This document shows positions 51,580 to 61,924 of a DNA stretch of 64,000 bases, piece after piece; the first letter of the stretch is position 1; each line of letters opens with the position of its first letter. Made by a program: the position numbers and the translations under genes. Origin of the DNA: an uncultured Acidobacteriaceae bacterium. GTDB taxonomy: Bacteria; Acidobacteriota; Terriglobia; Terriglobales; Acidobacteriaceae. The stretch is taken from contig CAVRYC010000006.1 of the NCBI GenBank assembly GCA_963725245.1, positions 3,347-67,346 of the forward strand, written 5' to 3'. Under the pieces are notes generated by a model. That model worked only from the letters and a program-made list of their open reading frames with translations. It was not told the origin of the DNA and did not search any database.

Positions 51580-52911
51580 ATGTCCTGGGAACTTGATTAC
51601 AAGAAAAAGTTGCGAACGGCAGATGAGGCGCTCGCTTGTGTGCAGTCGGGAATGCGTGTCTACATTCAGCCGGGCTGCGCTGAACCTGAGACTCTGGTCG
51701 AGGCGCTGATGCGCCGTGGTCCCGATGTGCAGGACGTCGAAATCGTGCACATGATGACCATGGGAGCCGCCCCTTATGTGGCTCCTGAGATGGCCGGGCA
51801 CTTCCGGCACAATGCAGTATTTATCGGCGCCAACGTGCGCCAGGCCATCAACGAAGGCCGGGCCGACTACACGCCGATCTACCTTAGCGATATCGAAGAA
51901 CTGTTCGAAACCGGCGCCATGCCAATTGATGTGGCCCTGCTCGAACTCTCTCCTCCCGACCCGCACGGCTTCTGCAGCTTCGGCGTGGGCGTGGATACGT
52001 CGCTCACGGCCGCCAAATGTGCGCACTACGTAGTGGCGCAGATCAACGATCAAATGCCGCGCACCTTCGGCGACAGCTTCATCCATGTGACTGAGCTGGA
52101 CGCCATTGTGGATTCCTCTCGGCCTCTGTGCGCCTTGAAGATCCCGGAAATCACCGACCTGCAAAGGGCCATTGCCCGCAACGTCGCTGATTTGATTGAC
52201 GACGGGGCCGTGCTGCAGACTGGTATCGGCGGAATCCCGAATGCGGTGCTGCCGCTTCTCATGGATCGCAAGGATCTCGCGGTCCACAGCGAATTGGTTT
52301 CCGACGGCGTGATTCCTTTAATCAACGCGGGCGTGATTACGGGTGCGCGCAAGAACTTTAAACCGCGCAAGATCATCCTGGGATTTGCTCTGGGCACGAA
52401 AAAGTTGTTTGATTTCGTGGACAACAACCCCATCTTCGAGTTCCATCCCACGTCCTATACCAACGACCCCGGATTCATTGCCCGCAACGACAACATGGTG
52501 GCGATCAACTCTGCGCTGCAGGTCGATCTCACCGGTCAGGTCTGCTCCGATTCGATCGGAAGCCAGTTCTATAGCGGCATTGGCGGACAAGTGGATTTTC
52601 TGCGCGGAGCTTCGCGCGCCAAGGGTGGCAAGCCGATCATCGCCATTTCCTCGACCGCAAAAGACGGCGCCATCTCGCGGATCGTGCCCATGCTCAGCCC
52701 GGGCGCGGGAGTGGTTACTTCGCGCGGTCTGGTCCGTTACATCGTGACCGAATACGGGGTAGCGTATCTGCACGGCAAGACCATCCGGGAACGGGCGCAG
52801 GCGCTGATCGAAATTGCGCATCCCGATTTTCGAGAAGAACTTTATCAATTTTCCGAGAAAACCTGGTTGCTGCAGCGGCCTTTAGTTGGGGCGCCAGCGG
52901 CAACAAGGTGA
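51580..52911 (+). CDS. acetyl-CoA hydrolase/transferase family protein (4-hydroxybutyrate CoA-transferase-like)
   Basis: Intact 443-aa ORF. ADYTPIYLSDI, LQTGIGGIPNAV, HSELVSDG, NSALQVDLTGQV, SGIGGQVDFLRGA. Confidence 0.8.
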   Translation: MSWELDYKKKLRTADEALACVQSGMRVYIQPGCAEPETLVEALMRRGPDVQDVEIVHMMTMGAAPYVAPEMAGHFRHNAVFIGANVRQAINEGRADYTPIYLSDIEELFETGAMPIDVALLELSPPDPHGFCSFGVGVDTSLTAAKCAHYVVAQINDQMPRTFGDSFIHVTELDAIVDSSRPLCALKIPEITDLQRAIARNVADLIDDGAVLQTGIGGIPNAVLPLLMDRKDLAVHSELVSDGVIPLINAGVITGARKNFKPRKIILGFALGTKKLFDFVDNNPIFEFHPTSYTNDPGFIARNDNMVAINSALQVDLTGQVCSDSIGSQFYSGIGGQVDFLRGASRAKGGKPIIAISSTAKDGAISRIVPMLSPGAGVVTSRGLVRYIVTEYGVAYLHGKTIRERAQALIEIAHPDFREELYQFSEKTWLLQRPLVGAPAATR

Positions 52912-52958
52912 ACGTCATCCAGGTGAACGTTAAAGAACGAACGTCAACGAGGTGAACG

Positions 52959-53255
52959 ATGGCAGGCCAAGCGCGCGGTAAAGTCACGGTCGATGTCGAA
53001 GAATGCAAGGGATGTGGGCTATGCGTGGAGTCCTGCCCGCCGAAGTGCCTGGAACTGGAGCCGGAGTTGAATGCTTACGGAGCTCACCCGGCGCACTATA
53101 CCGGCCACGACTGTACTGGTTGCGGAATCTGCTTTTATTGCTGCCCGGAACCGGGCGCGATTACCGTCTACCGCATAAAGGCGAAAGCCAAAGCGTTGAC
53201 ACCGGCGGCGGCGCAGGTGCTCGCGCCAGGAGGCGAACATGCGGCAACTCTGTAA
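52959..53255 (+). CDS. 2-oxoacid:ferredoxin oxidoreductase delta subunit (2 x 4Fe-4S ferredoxin)
   Basis: [12 protein letters not shown] and [12 protein letters not shown]. Confidence 0.8.
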   Translation: MAGQARGKVTVDVEECKGCGLCVESCPPKCLELEPELNAYGAHPAHYTGHDCTGCGICFYCCPEPGAITVYRIKAKAKALTPAAAQVLAPGGEHAATL

Positions 53256-54309
53256 GGGAAACGTGGCGGTGGTCAAGGGCGCGATCCTCGCCGGGTGCCG
53301 CGCCTACTACGGGTACCCGATTACTCCAGCCAGCGAAATCGCCGAGGCGGCCGCGCTCTACTTCCCGCAGGTCGGCGGAACATTTATTCAAGCGGAGAGC
53401 GAAGTCTCCGCCATCAACATGGTGTATGGAGCAGCTGCGGCTGGCGTCCGCGCCATGACTGGCTCCTCCGGCCCCGGCCTCAGCCTGATGCAGGAAGGTA
53501 TGTCCTATCTGGCCGGCTCGGAACTGCCCTGCGTGATCGTGGATGTAATGCGCGGCGGACCGGGACTGGGCAACATCGCGCCGGAACAAAGCGACTACTT
53601 CGCGATGGTGAAAGGCGGCGGCCATGGCAATTACCGCAATATCGTGCTCGCTCCCGCCTCGGTGCAGGAGATGGCCGACTTCACCATGTTGGCCTTCGAG
53701 CTCGCCGACAAGTACCGCAATCCCGCCGTGGTGCTGACCGACGGCTTCGTCGGGCAAATGATGGAGCCGCTAGAGCTCGCAGTTCCCGACAAAGACCATG
53801 AGATTCAGCTGCCGGAAAAACCCTGGGCGGTAAAGGGAACGCCAGAGACGCGTGCCAACCTCATCAGTTCCATTTATCTCGAAACCGACGAACTCGAAGC
53901 GCACCAGCGCAGAATGGAAGCCAAGTACATCCGCGCGCAAGAAGCCGAACCGCGCTCGGAGCTCTACCGCGCCGAGGACGCCGAAGTGCTGCTGGTCGGG
54001 TACGGCATCGTGTCGCGAGTGTTGATCTCTACAGTGGAAGCGCTGCGCAAGGACGGCGTGAAAGCCGGACTGTTCCGCCCCATCACTCTGTGGCCCTATC
54101 CTTCGAAGGCTCTGGTGGAAGCGGCGGCTCAGGCTAACGTGCAAAAGGTCCTGGTCGTCGAATTGAGCAATGGACAGATGGTAGAAGATGTGCGCCTCGC
54201 GCTGAACGGCAAGGTGCCGGTGGAGTTCTACGGCCGGGTAGGTGGCAACGTGCCCTCGGTCCGAGAGCTGCAGCAACAGGTGTTGACCCGCATGACCGTG
54301 GCGGTCTGA
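53239..54309 (+). CDS. korA: 2-oxoacid:ferredoxin oxidoreductase alpha subunit
   Basis: Intact [60 protein letters not shown]. Confidence 0.8.
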   Translation: MRQLCKGNVAVVKGAILAGCRAYYGYPITPASEIAEAAALYFPQVGGTFIQAESEVSAINMVYGAAAAGVRAMTGSSGPGLSLMQEGMSYLAGSELPCVIVDVMRGGPGLGNIAPEQSDYFAMVKGGGHGNYRNIVLAPASVQEMADFTMLAFELADKYRNPAVVLTDGFVGQMMEPLELAVPDKDHEIQLPEKPWAVKGTPETRANLISSIYLETDELEAHQRRMEAKYIRAQEAEPRSELYRAEDAEVLLVGYGIVSRVLISTVEALRKDGVKAGLFRPITLWPYPSKALVEAAAQANVQKVLVVELSNGQMVEDVRLALNGKVPVEFYGRVGGNVPSVRELQQQVLTRMTVAV

Positions 54310-54350
54310 GACCAGTTCCAACGAGGATCTGGTTTGGAAGGACGACGAGA

Positions 54351-55340
54351 ATGGCAAACGAGAGCGTGATCGGCGTAGTGGATTCAGAGGTTAAGTCCGA
54401 GGTTAAGTCCGAACTTAAATCGGAGGTTAAGCTTTCCGAACCTAAGCCGGAAGCCAGCCCCGCTGTTGACCCTAAATTTGGCGTCAGCGTTAGCAACAAC
54501 GGATACGAACTAGTCCACTCCAAGTCGCCGCTGTTCTATGACCTCTACGAGCGCAAGTCGGAGCTGAAGCACCAGACCCACTACTGTCCCGGCTGCGGAC
54601 ACGGAGTGGTCCACAAGCTGATTGCCGAAGCGTTGCAGGACCTGGGGCTACAGGACAAAACGATCTTCGTAAGCCCGGTAGGCTGCTCGGTGTTCGCCTA
54701 CTATTATTTTGACGTAGGCAACGTACAGGTCGCCCACGGCCGCGCGCCGGCCGCAGCCACGGCCATCAAACGAGCGGGCCCCGACAAAATCGTCATCTCC
54801 TATCAAGGAGACGGCGACTTGGCGGCAATCGGCACGGCCGAGATCATTCATGCCGCCAACCGAGGCGAGAAGATCACCGTCTTTTTCGTGAACAATGCAA
54901 TCTACGGGATGACTGGCGGGCAGATGGCGCCAACCACCATGGTCGGGCAGAAGAGCACAACATCTCCCTGGGGCCGTCGGCCGTCGAACGAAGGCTTCCC
55001 TCTGCACATGGCAGAACTGATCGCCACGCTCGAAGCGCCCGCCTATGTCGAACGCGTGGCGCTATCGGACAACAAGAACATCATGAAAGCGCGGCGGGCG
55101 ATCCGCAAAGCACTAGAGATCCAGCGCGATGGCACGGGCTTCTCGTTTGTCGAAATCCTGTCGCCGTGCCCGACGATTTGGGGCAAGGACCCGGTGGAAG
55201 CGCGGCGCTGGGTTCTCGAAAAGATGACGCCAACCTTCCCCCTGAATGTCTTCCGCGACCGCAAGCCGGAGATTCCCGTCACCAATCAGCCCCCGCAACG
55301 GTCCGTAGCGGATGTGCTTGAGATCACTCCGAACATATAA
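54351..55340 (+). CDS. korB: 2-oxoacid:ferredoxin oxidoreductase beta subunit (TPP-binding) with a repeat-encoded N-terminal extension
   Basis: HYCPGCGHG, YQGDGDLAAIG, NNAIYGMTGGQ. The N-terminus SEVKSEVKSELKSEVK is encoded by 12-bp repeats. Confidence 0.8.
   Translation: MANESVIGVVDSEVKSEVKSELKSEVKLSEPKPEASPAVDPKFGVSVSNNGYELVHSKSPLFYDLYERKSELKHQTHYCPGCGHGVVHKLIAEALQDLGLQDKTIFVSPVGCSVFAYYYFDVGNVQVAHGRAPAAATAIKRAGPDKIVISYQGDGDLAAIGTAEIIHAANRGEKITVFFVNNAIYGMTGGQMAPTTMVGQKSTTSPWGRRPSNEGFPLHMAELIATLEAPAYVERVALSDNKNIMKARRAIRKALEIQRDGTGFSFVEILSPCPTIWGKDPVEARRWVLEKMTPTFPLNVFRDRKPEIPVTNQPPQRSVADVLEITPNI
54384..54431. repeat. 4 x 12-bp in-frame tandem repeat at the 5' end of korB
   Basis: tcagaggttaag tccgaggttaag tccgaacttaaa tcggaggttaag. 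Confidence 0.85.
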
Positions 55341-55962
55341 AGACGGGGCGCACGATACGTCCAAACCGAAACACGCCCATCGCTTCAAAGACGTTAAAAT
55401 CAAAATCGCAGGCCTCGGAGGACAGGGCGTGCTGCTAATGGGGCAACTCCTCATCGAAATGGGCATGCGCGAGGGCCTGGAAGTCAGCTGGCTGCCATCC
55501 TATGGTCCGGAGATGCGTTCGGGCAGCGCCCACTGCCATGTGTGCTTGTCGAAAGAGCGCATCGGGTCGCCGCTCGTCTCGCGCCCGGATGTGCTCGTAG
55601 CCATGAATGAGTTCTCGCTGCGCAAGTTTGCCCACGAGGTAGTGAGTGGCGGAGTCATTCTTTATAACGGCGTCAGCTTGCCTGCCGACTTTTATGCGCC
55701 GGAAGTACAGGCGGTCGCGATTCCGGCGGCGGAGATCGCCGACAAACTCGGTTCCACGAAGGCAGCCAACATAGTAATGTTGGGAGCGTTGCTCGAAGAC
55801 ACGGAGTGTCTGGCTCCCGGAACGGCATTGAGCGTACTCGAAGACAAGGTGAAAAAAGTCGATATGCTGGAAATTAACCGCAAAGCGCTCGCTGCCGGCC
55901 GACGGTTTATCGAGGAACAGGCCCACGTTGGCGCGGTAAGCCAGCCCGACGGCTTCGCCTAG
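55312..55962 (+). CDS. korC: 2-oxoacid:ferredoxin oxidoreductase gamma subunit; start uncertain
   Basis: IKIAGLGGQGVLLMGQLL, SYGPEMRSGSAHCHV, NIVMLGALL. Confidence 0.75.
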   Translation: MCLRSLRTYKDGAHDTSKPKHAHRFKDVKIKIAGLGGQGVLLMGQLLIEMGMREGLEVSWLPSYGPEMRSGSAHCHVCLSKERIGSPLVSRPDVLVAMNEFSLRKFAHEVVSGGVILYNGVSLPADFYAPEVQAVAIPAAEIADKLGSTKAANIVMLGALLEDTECLAPGTALSVLEDKVKKVDMLEINRKALAAGRRFIEEQAHVGAVSQPDGFA

Positions 55963-56012
55963 ACGCCCACGGGAAACCGAGTCCGGAGCGTCCCATGACC
56001 GATAACTTTCAT

Positions 56013-56136
56013 CCAATTGTCATCCCGAACGACTTAAATCGAATTGTTCCCGCGACTTCACCCAATTGTCATCCCGAACAAGTGAGGGATCTGCAGCTCC
56101 GCTCGGGATGACAAAGTTTGTCGGGATGACAAAGTT
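56013..56136. repeat. hairpin element with two copies of AATTGTCATCCCGAAC and two of the complement TCGGGATGACAAAGTT
   Basis: Direct copies at 56013-56029 and 56062-56078; inverted copies at 56101-56117 and 56120-56136. The core gtcatcccgaacaagtgagggatctgc is related to the GTCATCCTGAGCGAAGCGAAGGACC family. Confidence 0.85.
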
Positions 56137-56165
56137 CGTATAGTTACGATCCGAAGAGGCCTGCA

Positions 56166-57443
56166 ATGTCGACTGGCTGGACATCTCGTTACGCCCTACG
56201 CACCAAAAGCGTCACCAGCTCTCAAATCCGAGAGTTGTTGAAGGTCATCCAAAAACCAGGAATGATCTCCTTCGGCGGAGGCCTGCCCGCTCCCGATGTT
56301 TTCCCCGTCCAGCGCTTCGAAGAAGCCTGCCACAAAGTGCTAACCGAGCAGGCGGCTTCCGCCTTGCAGTACGGCGAAACCGAAGGTTACCGGCCCCTGC
56401 GCGAACTGATTGCGAACAACATGGCGCGCTACGGGATCAAGGCGAAGGTGGAGAACGTCTTGATCACTTCCGGCTCGCAGCAGGCGCTCGACCTGATCGG
56501 CAAGCTGTTTATCAATGCCGGAGATCGCGTGCTGGTGGAAGCGCCGACTTATCTCGGAGCGCTGCAGGCTTTCAACGTGTATGGCGCGGAATATGTGTCC
56601 GTCCCGATCGACGAAAACGGCCTCCGCACCGACCTGCTGGAAAAGCCTCTGCGTTCCGGCCCCAAGTTCATGTACGTCCTGCCCAACTTCCAGAATCCGG
56701 CCGGAACCACATTATCCGAGGGGCGTCGCCACGAACTGGTGCTGCTGGCGGACAAGTATGGCATTCCGATCATCGAAGATGACCCGTACGGCCAGTTGCG
56801 CTATGAAGGCGAGCACCTCCCATCGCTGGTCGTGCTCGACCGCGAGAACCTGCGCCGCGACGACGGCTATTCCATCGGCAACGTAATTTACCTGAGCACA
56901 TTCTCAAAGACGCTGGCTCCCGGGCTTCGATTGGGATGGATCGTCGCTCCTCCCGAGGTCATCAGCAAGCTGGCGCAACTGAAGCAGGGTGCCGATCTGC
57001 ACACTTCGACCTTCACTCAGTTCGTGGCCTACGAAGTCGCGCGCGATGGATTCCTCGACAAACACGTGAAGCTGATTCGTAAGATCTATGGCGAACGCCG
57101 CAACGTAATGCTGCAAGCTCTGGAAGAGTTCTTCCCGCCGGAAGTGACCTGGACTCATCCAAAGGGCGGCCTATTCCTCTGGGTAACTCTGCCCGCAGGA
57201 ATCGACATCCAAGCCCTTTTCAAATCGGCAATCGAGCAGAATGTGGCGTTCGTCCCCGGCGATTCCTTCTATGCCAACGATCCTCAGGAAGGCTCCCGCC
57301 ACATGCGCTTGAACTTTTCCAACGCCGCTCCGGAGCAGATTCGCGAGGGCATCCGCCGTTTGGCTGCGGCCGTGAAGAGCCATCTGACGGGCACGATGCT
57401 GCGATCACGCTGCCGCTCGAGGTGTAGAGGCTTAGCTGTTTAG
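56166..57443 (+). CDS. PLP-dependent aminotransferase, class I/II fold (2-aminoadipate / aromatic aminotransferase-like)
   Basis: Intact 425-aa ORF. ISFGGGLPAPDVFP, YGETEGYRPLRE, TSGSQQALDL, PNFQNPAGTTL, YLSTFSKTLAPGLRLGW. Confidence 0.8.
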   Translation: MSTGWTSRYALRTKSVTSSQIRELLKVIQKPGMISFGGGLPAPDVFPVQRFEEACHKVLTEQAASALQYGETEGYRPLRELIANNMARYGIKAKVENVLITSGSQQALDLIGKLFINAGDRVLVEAPTYLGALQAFNVYGAEYVSVPIDENGLRTDLLEKPLRSGPKFMYVLPNFQNPAGTTLSEGRRHELVLLADKYGIPIIEDDPYGQLRYEGEHLPSLVVLDRENLRRDDGYSIGNVIYLSTFSKTLAPGLRLGWIVAPPEVISKLAQLKQGADLHTSTFTQFVAYEVARDGFLDKHVKLIRKIYGERRNVMLQALEEFFPPEVTWTHPKGGLFLWVTLPAGIDIQALFKSAIEQNVAFVPGDSFYANDPQEGSRHMRLNFSNAAPEQIREGIRRLAAAVKSHLTGTMLRSRCRSRCRGLAV

Positions 57444-57647
57444 TTTGAACTTGACCTTGCGGACAGGGCTGCCAGGTTCCATGTATCGGACACCGATCCG
57501 AGGATTTTGAGTGTAATCGAGATTTTGCGCCAATTGGCTATTCAATTCGAGTCCAAGCAGATCAGAGTACATGCGCGGCGTCCTGGGAGCGGCGAAGCGA
57601 CGAGTTTCCGGCTTCGGCGTAGCGGGGGACCGGATTGGGTTACTCAA
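57432..57647 (-). CDS. 71-aa ORF of unknown function directly downstream of the NucS-like gene
   Basis: ORF track only. No RBS or family recognised. Overlaps the aminotransferase 3' end by 12 bp on the opposite strand. Confidence 0.2.
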   Translation of the reverse strand: MSNPIRSPATPKPETRRFAAPRTPRMYSDLLGLELNSQLAQNLDYTQNPRIGVRYMEPGSPVRKVKFKLNS

Positions 57648-57658
57648 ATGTTCAGTTT

Positions 57659-58706
57659 TCAGGTAACTGCGCTGGACCGCTTGGGTTGTTCTTGAGCAAG
57701 TGCTTTAAGCTCTCCAATCAACAGTTGGGCTTCTTTTGCGTTCTTCAACCGGATGAAATTTCTTCCCGCGGCTCTGAATGGTTCAAAATTCTTCGAGAAC
57801 CGGAGTCTTATCGTTTCTTGGCTCAAGCCGGTGGCCTCGGCTAGCTCCTTCGGCAACCAAACATCAAGTTGACCTTGAGGCGCATCTGCAAACTTTCCAG
57901 AAACATTAATTGCATAAGTCTTGTCCCCATTCGCATAATAACGAAATGAGCCTCCACCGGCACCGGTACACTTTTCCTGCCAAATATCCCGCATCTGACG
58001 GCAGATTTCGACGAGTTCCTCGGTCTGATTTTCCCTTGCCATTGCGAGAAACTCTGCTTCCGTGTACTTCGCGTGCCGTTTCCCCGGTTGCTTCTTGATG
58101 TTGGCCTCGGCTTCTTCTTTTGCGACGATGAATGTACGTACCAGCAGTTGGCGCCCGTCCTTTGTTTTGAAGAACCTAAAGCAAGCGGCGTTAATGTCCA
58201 CACCATAGGTCCCGGACAGATAGCGGATGATACGCTCGGTGCCGTCGTCAATTTCTGAGGCTACGATTCGCATCCCGTGGCTTGAGTTGATCACCTCGGG
58301 GAAACCGGAGTCTGGAAATTTGTCGGCAAATGCGGACCTAAGGTCAGAATACTTGGAGCTGGTCTTCTCGAAGTAGGCGGTTGCGATTTCGGTAACCTCG
58401 TCCTCGTCCAAATCCTTGACCCATGAAGCATAGTCGAGAGCTTGAGCCGTAACCTCACGTGGCGTCCTGTCGGCGTTTCAATTCCACGATTACCAACCCG
58501 CCGTCTGAGTCCATGCACAATAGGTCAATAAACTTGCCAAAGGCGGTTCCCACTTGCTGGCCGATCACCAGCAACGCAGGGTCGAGGATGGAGATATCCC
58601 TTTTCACCCATTCCTCAATTCGTTCCTCTTTGTCCAATTGCCAGGGCTGGACGTCCAATAATTCGTTCTCGGTCCCTACCTCCCACATCCGAACTTCCTC
58701 CGCCAT
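57659..58706 (-). CDS. NucS/DUF91-like PDDEXK nuclease domain protein with an uncharacterised C-terminal extension, 1 apparent frameshift near 58445
   Basis: LVIGQQVGTAFGKFIDLLCMDSDGGLVIVELKRRQDA then (frame change) REVTAQALDYASWV, i.e. D..(D/E)xK followed by Q..Y as in NucS-type nucleases. Lower-GC islet. ORFs 58455-58802 and 57659-58411. Confidence 0.6.
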
Positions 58707-58744
58707 CGACCACCCCCCTTTTAGCTCTCCCACCAAGAACCAAT

Positions 58745-59909
58745 CTACTCCAGCACGAAAATATTCTTCTCCGCGCACATCTCCTTCAGTACCTTCGGCC
58801 ATACCGTGACGCTGACTTCCCCAAGATGGGCTTTGCGGAGCAACAGCATCAATGTCCGCGACTGCCCGATTCCTCCGCCGATCGAGAGCGGAATCTCGTT
58901 GTTCAGGATCGCCTGGTGATAGGGCAGCCGCATGAAGTCCAGTTGCTTGGCCATCGTAAGCTGCTGTTTCAGGGTCTCGGCCGTAACCCGGATGCCCATC
59001 GATGTCAGTTCATGGCGCCGCTTGGTAACCGAGTTCCATACCAGGATGTCGCCATTCAGCCCATGCGTGTCTTTGCCGGTTTGATCGTGAGTGTCGGTCA
59101 CCCAGTCGTCGTAATCGGCGGCGCGCATCTCGTGCGGATAGCCGTCCTTCAACGGCCAGCCAATCCCGACGATAAAAACCGCCGGATACTTCTTGCAGCA
59201 CCGCGGTCTCGCGCTGCTTGCGCGGCAGATCGGGATACATGTCCAGAATTTCCTCGGCATGCAGGAAGGTCAACTCCTCCGGCAGATCCGGATAGCGCGA
59301 AGTCTTTCAATTGCGGGAACAGGGATTGCGCAAACTTTTCCGCTCCCACAATCACTTTCCAGATCTTGCCGACAACCGCTTTCAGAAATTCCAGGTTGCG
59401 CTGCTCGCTGGTGATGACGCGCTCCCAATCCCACTGATCGACGTAAGCGGAATGGTCGTGATCGAGGAAATAGTCCTTGCGGACGGCGCGCATGTCGGTG
59501 CAGATGCCCTCGCCGACTTTGCAATCGAATTGCTTGAGAGCGACGCGTTTCCACTTGGTCGCGGCTTGCACCACCTGCGCATCGACGGGATGCAGGTTGC
59601 GATCGTTCGAGATGTGGAACTGAATCGGCGTGCGCGACCCGTCGCGATCGAGCATGTCGTTGACGCCGCTCTCCACATCCACGATGAGCGGCACTTCGAC
59701 CATCATCAGGTTGAGTTCCTTGCACAGGTTGTCTGCGATATAGCGTTTCACCTGGAAGATGGCCTGCTGCGTCTCTTTCGGGGTCAGCAACGACCGGTAA
59801 TCCCGCGGCAGGATCTTTTCCAATTCTTTGTAATCGCCGATTCCCGGTCCCGCCAGGTCGGCTTTCTTGTCTTTATTTTTTCTGCATTATCCAGCACAAG
59901 CGTGCTCAT
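58745..59909 (-). CDS. asnA: aspartate--ammonia ligase (AsnA), about 3 apparent frameshifts
   Basis: VDQWDWERV, GIGWPL..HEMRAADYDDW, GLNGDILVWN, GGGIGQSRTLMLLL. RBS aaaggagaaatctcATG at 59909. Breaks near 59878, 59290 and 59190. Confidence 0.85.
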
Positions 59910-60036
59910 GAGATTTCTCCTTTGCAGACGGATTCCTGTCGCCGCGTCGCCGTGTTGTCGCGTCGCCGCCGGTTTACCAAAGTTTCGGATTAAGGGGGAG
60001 GCAGGGCCGGAGGCGGGTGTGCGGCGGCACCTTTGG

Positions 60037-60141
60037 CTACGTTCGCTGCGTGGAATGCTCCAGGATCACCGCGGCTGACAGCAGAATTCCAATGAGGCCA
60101 AATACCAACAACGCGAGCAGAGCCATCAAGAGTATCGGCAT
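60037..60141 (-). CDS. possible 34-aa hydrophobic peptide
   Basis: Own translation: gaggtgtagctATG then MPILLMALLALLVFGLIGILLSAAVILEHSTQRT*. Too short for the ORF track. Confidence 0.3.
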   Translation of the reverse strand: MPILLMALLALLVFGLIGILLSAAVILEHSTQRT

Positions 60142-60191
60142 AGCTACACCTCGCTGCTCGTATGATTGTCTCGCCTGCTTGCGGGCGACGC

Positions 60192-60294
60192 TGTGACCGC
60201 GGTCACCGGTTGGTGTGACCAGGTTACCAGAATGGCTCTCCTGGACGCGTCCCTCATGGCCCAGAAGTCACGATTTAGGGTGACCTGGGTCACT
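60192..60294. promoter_or_regulatory. cluster of three GTGACC-N4-GGT(C/T)AC palindromes upstream of the cytochrome c gene
   Basis: TGTGACCGCGGTCACC (60192-60207), TGTGACCAGGTTACCA (60214-60229), GGTGACCTGGGTCACT (60279-60294). Confidence 0.5.
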
Positions 60295-60469
60295 GCGGCT
60301 GTATCCCCCAAACGTTGAAACTCTCAATAGGCAGCGACGAGCTGCTGAGTTCTGTTACATCAGTTCTTGGAGGGTTGTATCGGTGGTTATTTTCGCAACA
60401 TGCGACGACTGCGAGAAGAACCGCTAATTTCATCAGGTTGCAAAATTCACAAGGAGAAGAAACGAAATC

Positions 60470-60787
60470 ATGAAGACGACAAAGCTGGTGATGCTGGTAA
60501 TGACAATCGCGGTGGCCCTATTCATCCTGATCCCCAATCTGTCATGGGCTGACGATGACGGAGCCGCTCTCTACAAAGCAAAATGCGCCACGTGCCACGG
60601 AGCGGATGCAGCTGGCAAGCCCGCAATGAAAGCTCCGAGCCTGATTTCGGACGAGGCCAAGAAGAAGTCGGATGCCGATCTGGCCAAGGCCGTCACGGAG
60701 ACGGCGAAGCACCCGGCCGCGGTGAAGAGTCTGGCCGCTGACGACGTGAAAGTGGTCGTGACTTACATTCGCAGCCTGCAGAAGTAG
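60470..60787 (+). CDS. small secreted class I cytochrome c
   Basis: RBS aaggagaagaaacgaaatcATG; signal peptide; heme motif CATCHG; C-terminus VVVTYIRSLQK. Confidence 0.8.
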   Translation: MKTTKLVMLVMTIAVALFILIPNLSWADDDGAALYKAKCATCHGADAAGKPAMKAPSLISDEAKKKSDADLAKAVTETAKHPAAVKSLAADDVKVVVTYIRSLQK

Positions 60788-61151
60788 TCATTGGCATGTC
60801 AGTCATTGGCTGTTCCTCTTTGCGCACGCCGCTGTCGCGCAACTGCGGGCAGCGGCTGAAGAAGGCGGAGGGTGAGTATGGAGATGTCCGGCTCAATTCG
60901 GCGGACGGAACGGAAACTGGCCGATCCGTCGCCAGCCGGAAAGCTTCTCCCCTGTTCGCTTTCTCACAGAGGAACAGCCCGCCCGGGTCCGGGAATGCAC
61001 ACCTCTCCGGACCCGGTTCTTTCTTTGCAGTCGAGTCGCCAAGAGTGTTCTGTACGGTTCCCAAGTCTGTTCCGTCACAGCGTACGCTTACCTCGTCACT
61101 TCATTCCACTGGAACGGAAGTCCCGCTTGGGAGCAACGAGGAGCAATTTCC

Positions 61152-61924
61152 ATGAGTAAGGCCCTGCTGTATGACGCGACGATGTGCATCGGCTGCAAAC
61201 AGTGTGAAGCGCCTGCGCGCAGCAGAACAAGCTGCCGTACGACGACAAGGTGGCAGCCGAGTCGGTGCAATCGGCACATAAATACACGGTCGTTATGACC
61301 AAGGACGACAAATTCATGCGCCGGCTGTGCATGCACTGTGAGCATCCCGCTTGCGCGTCGGTTTGTCCCGTGGGCGCCTTCCATAAGACCAAGGAGGGTC
61401 CGGTCGTATACGACGTCTGGAAGTGCATCGGCTGCCGCTATTGCATGGTGGCCTGCGCGTTTGCCCAGCCCAAGTACGAATGGCAATCGCTGAATCCGCG
61501 CGTGCGCAAATGCATTATGTGCCCGGACCGCGTGGTTGCCGGCAAGCAGACGGCATGTGCCGAGATCTGTCCGACCGGCGCCACAAAGTTCGGCGAGCGC
61601 GACGACCTCATTAAGGAAGCGCAGGACCGTATCCGTCAAAATCCATCCACCTACCTGCCTCGTATTTATGGTCTTAACGAAGTTGGCGGAACGTCGGTCT
61701 TTATTCTTTCCGGCGTGAACGTTGAAGAGTACGGCTATCCCGCGTCCGCAAAAATCGGCGACACCCCGATGCCGGAATACACCGGGCGAGTGATGGAGAG
61801 AATTCCAGACTTTATCCCGGTGTGGACGTTGGTGTTGGGAGGCATTTATTGGGTTTCGCATCGCCGCGAAGAAGTAGCCGCCGCTGAAGCAGAAGAAAAG
61901 AAGAAGAACGGGAGTGCGCGATGA
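61152..61924 (+). CDS. 4Fe-4S ferredoxin-type subunit of a membrane oxidoreductase (HybA/NrfC/PsrB-like), 1 apparent frameshift near 61208
   Basis: RBS gaggagcaatttccATG. CIGCKQCE, CMHCEHPACASVCP, CIGCRYCMVAC, CIMC..CAEICP. C-terminal TM helix. Confidence 0.8.

Noticed and set aside
57432-57647. The 71-aa ORF downstream of the NucS-like gene as a second component of a defence pair.
   Set aside because: It is kept only as a low-confidence feature. It has no RBS, no recognisable motif, a Pro/Arg-rich N-terminus, and it overlaps the converging aminotransferase gene.
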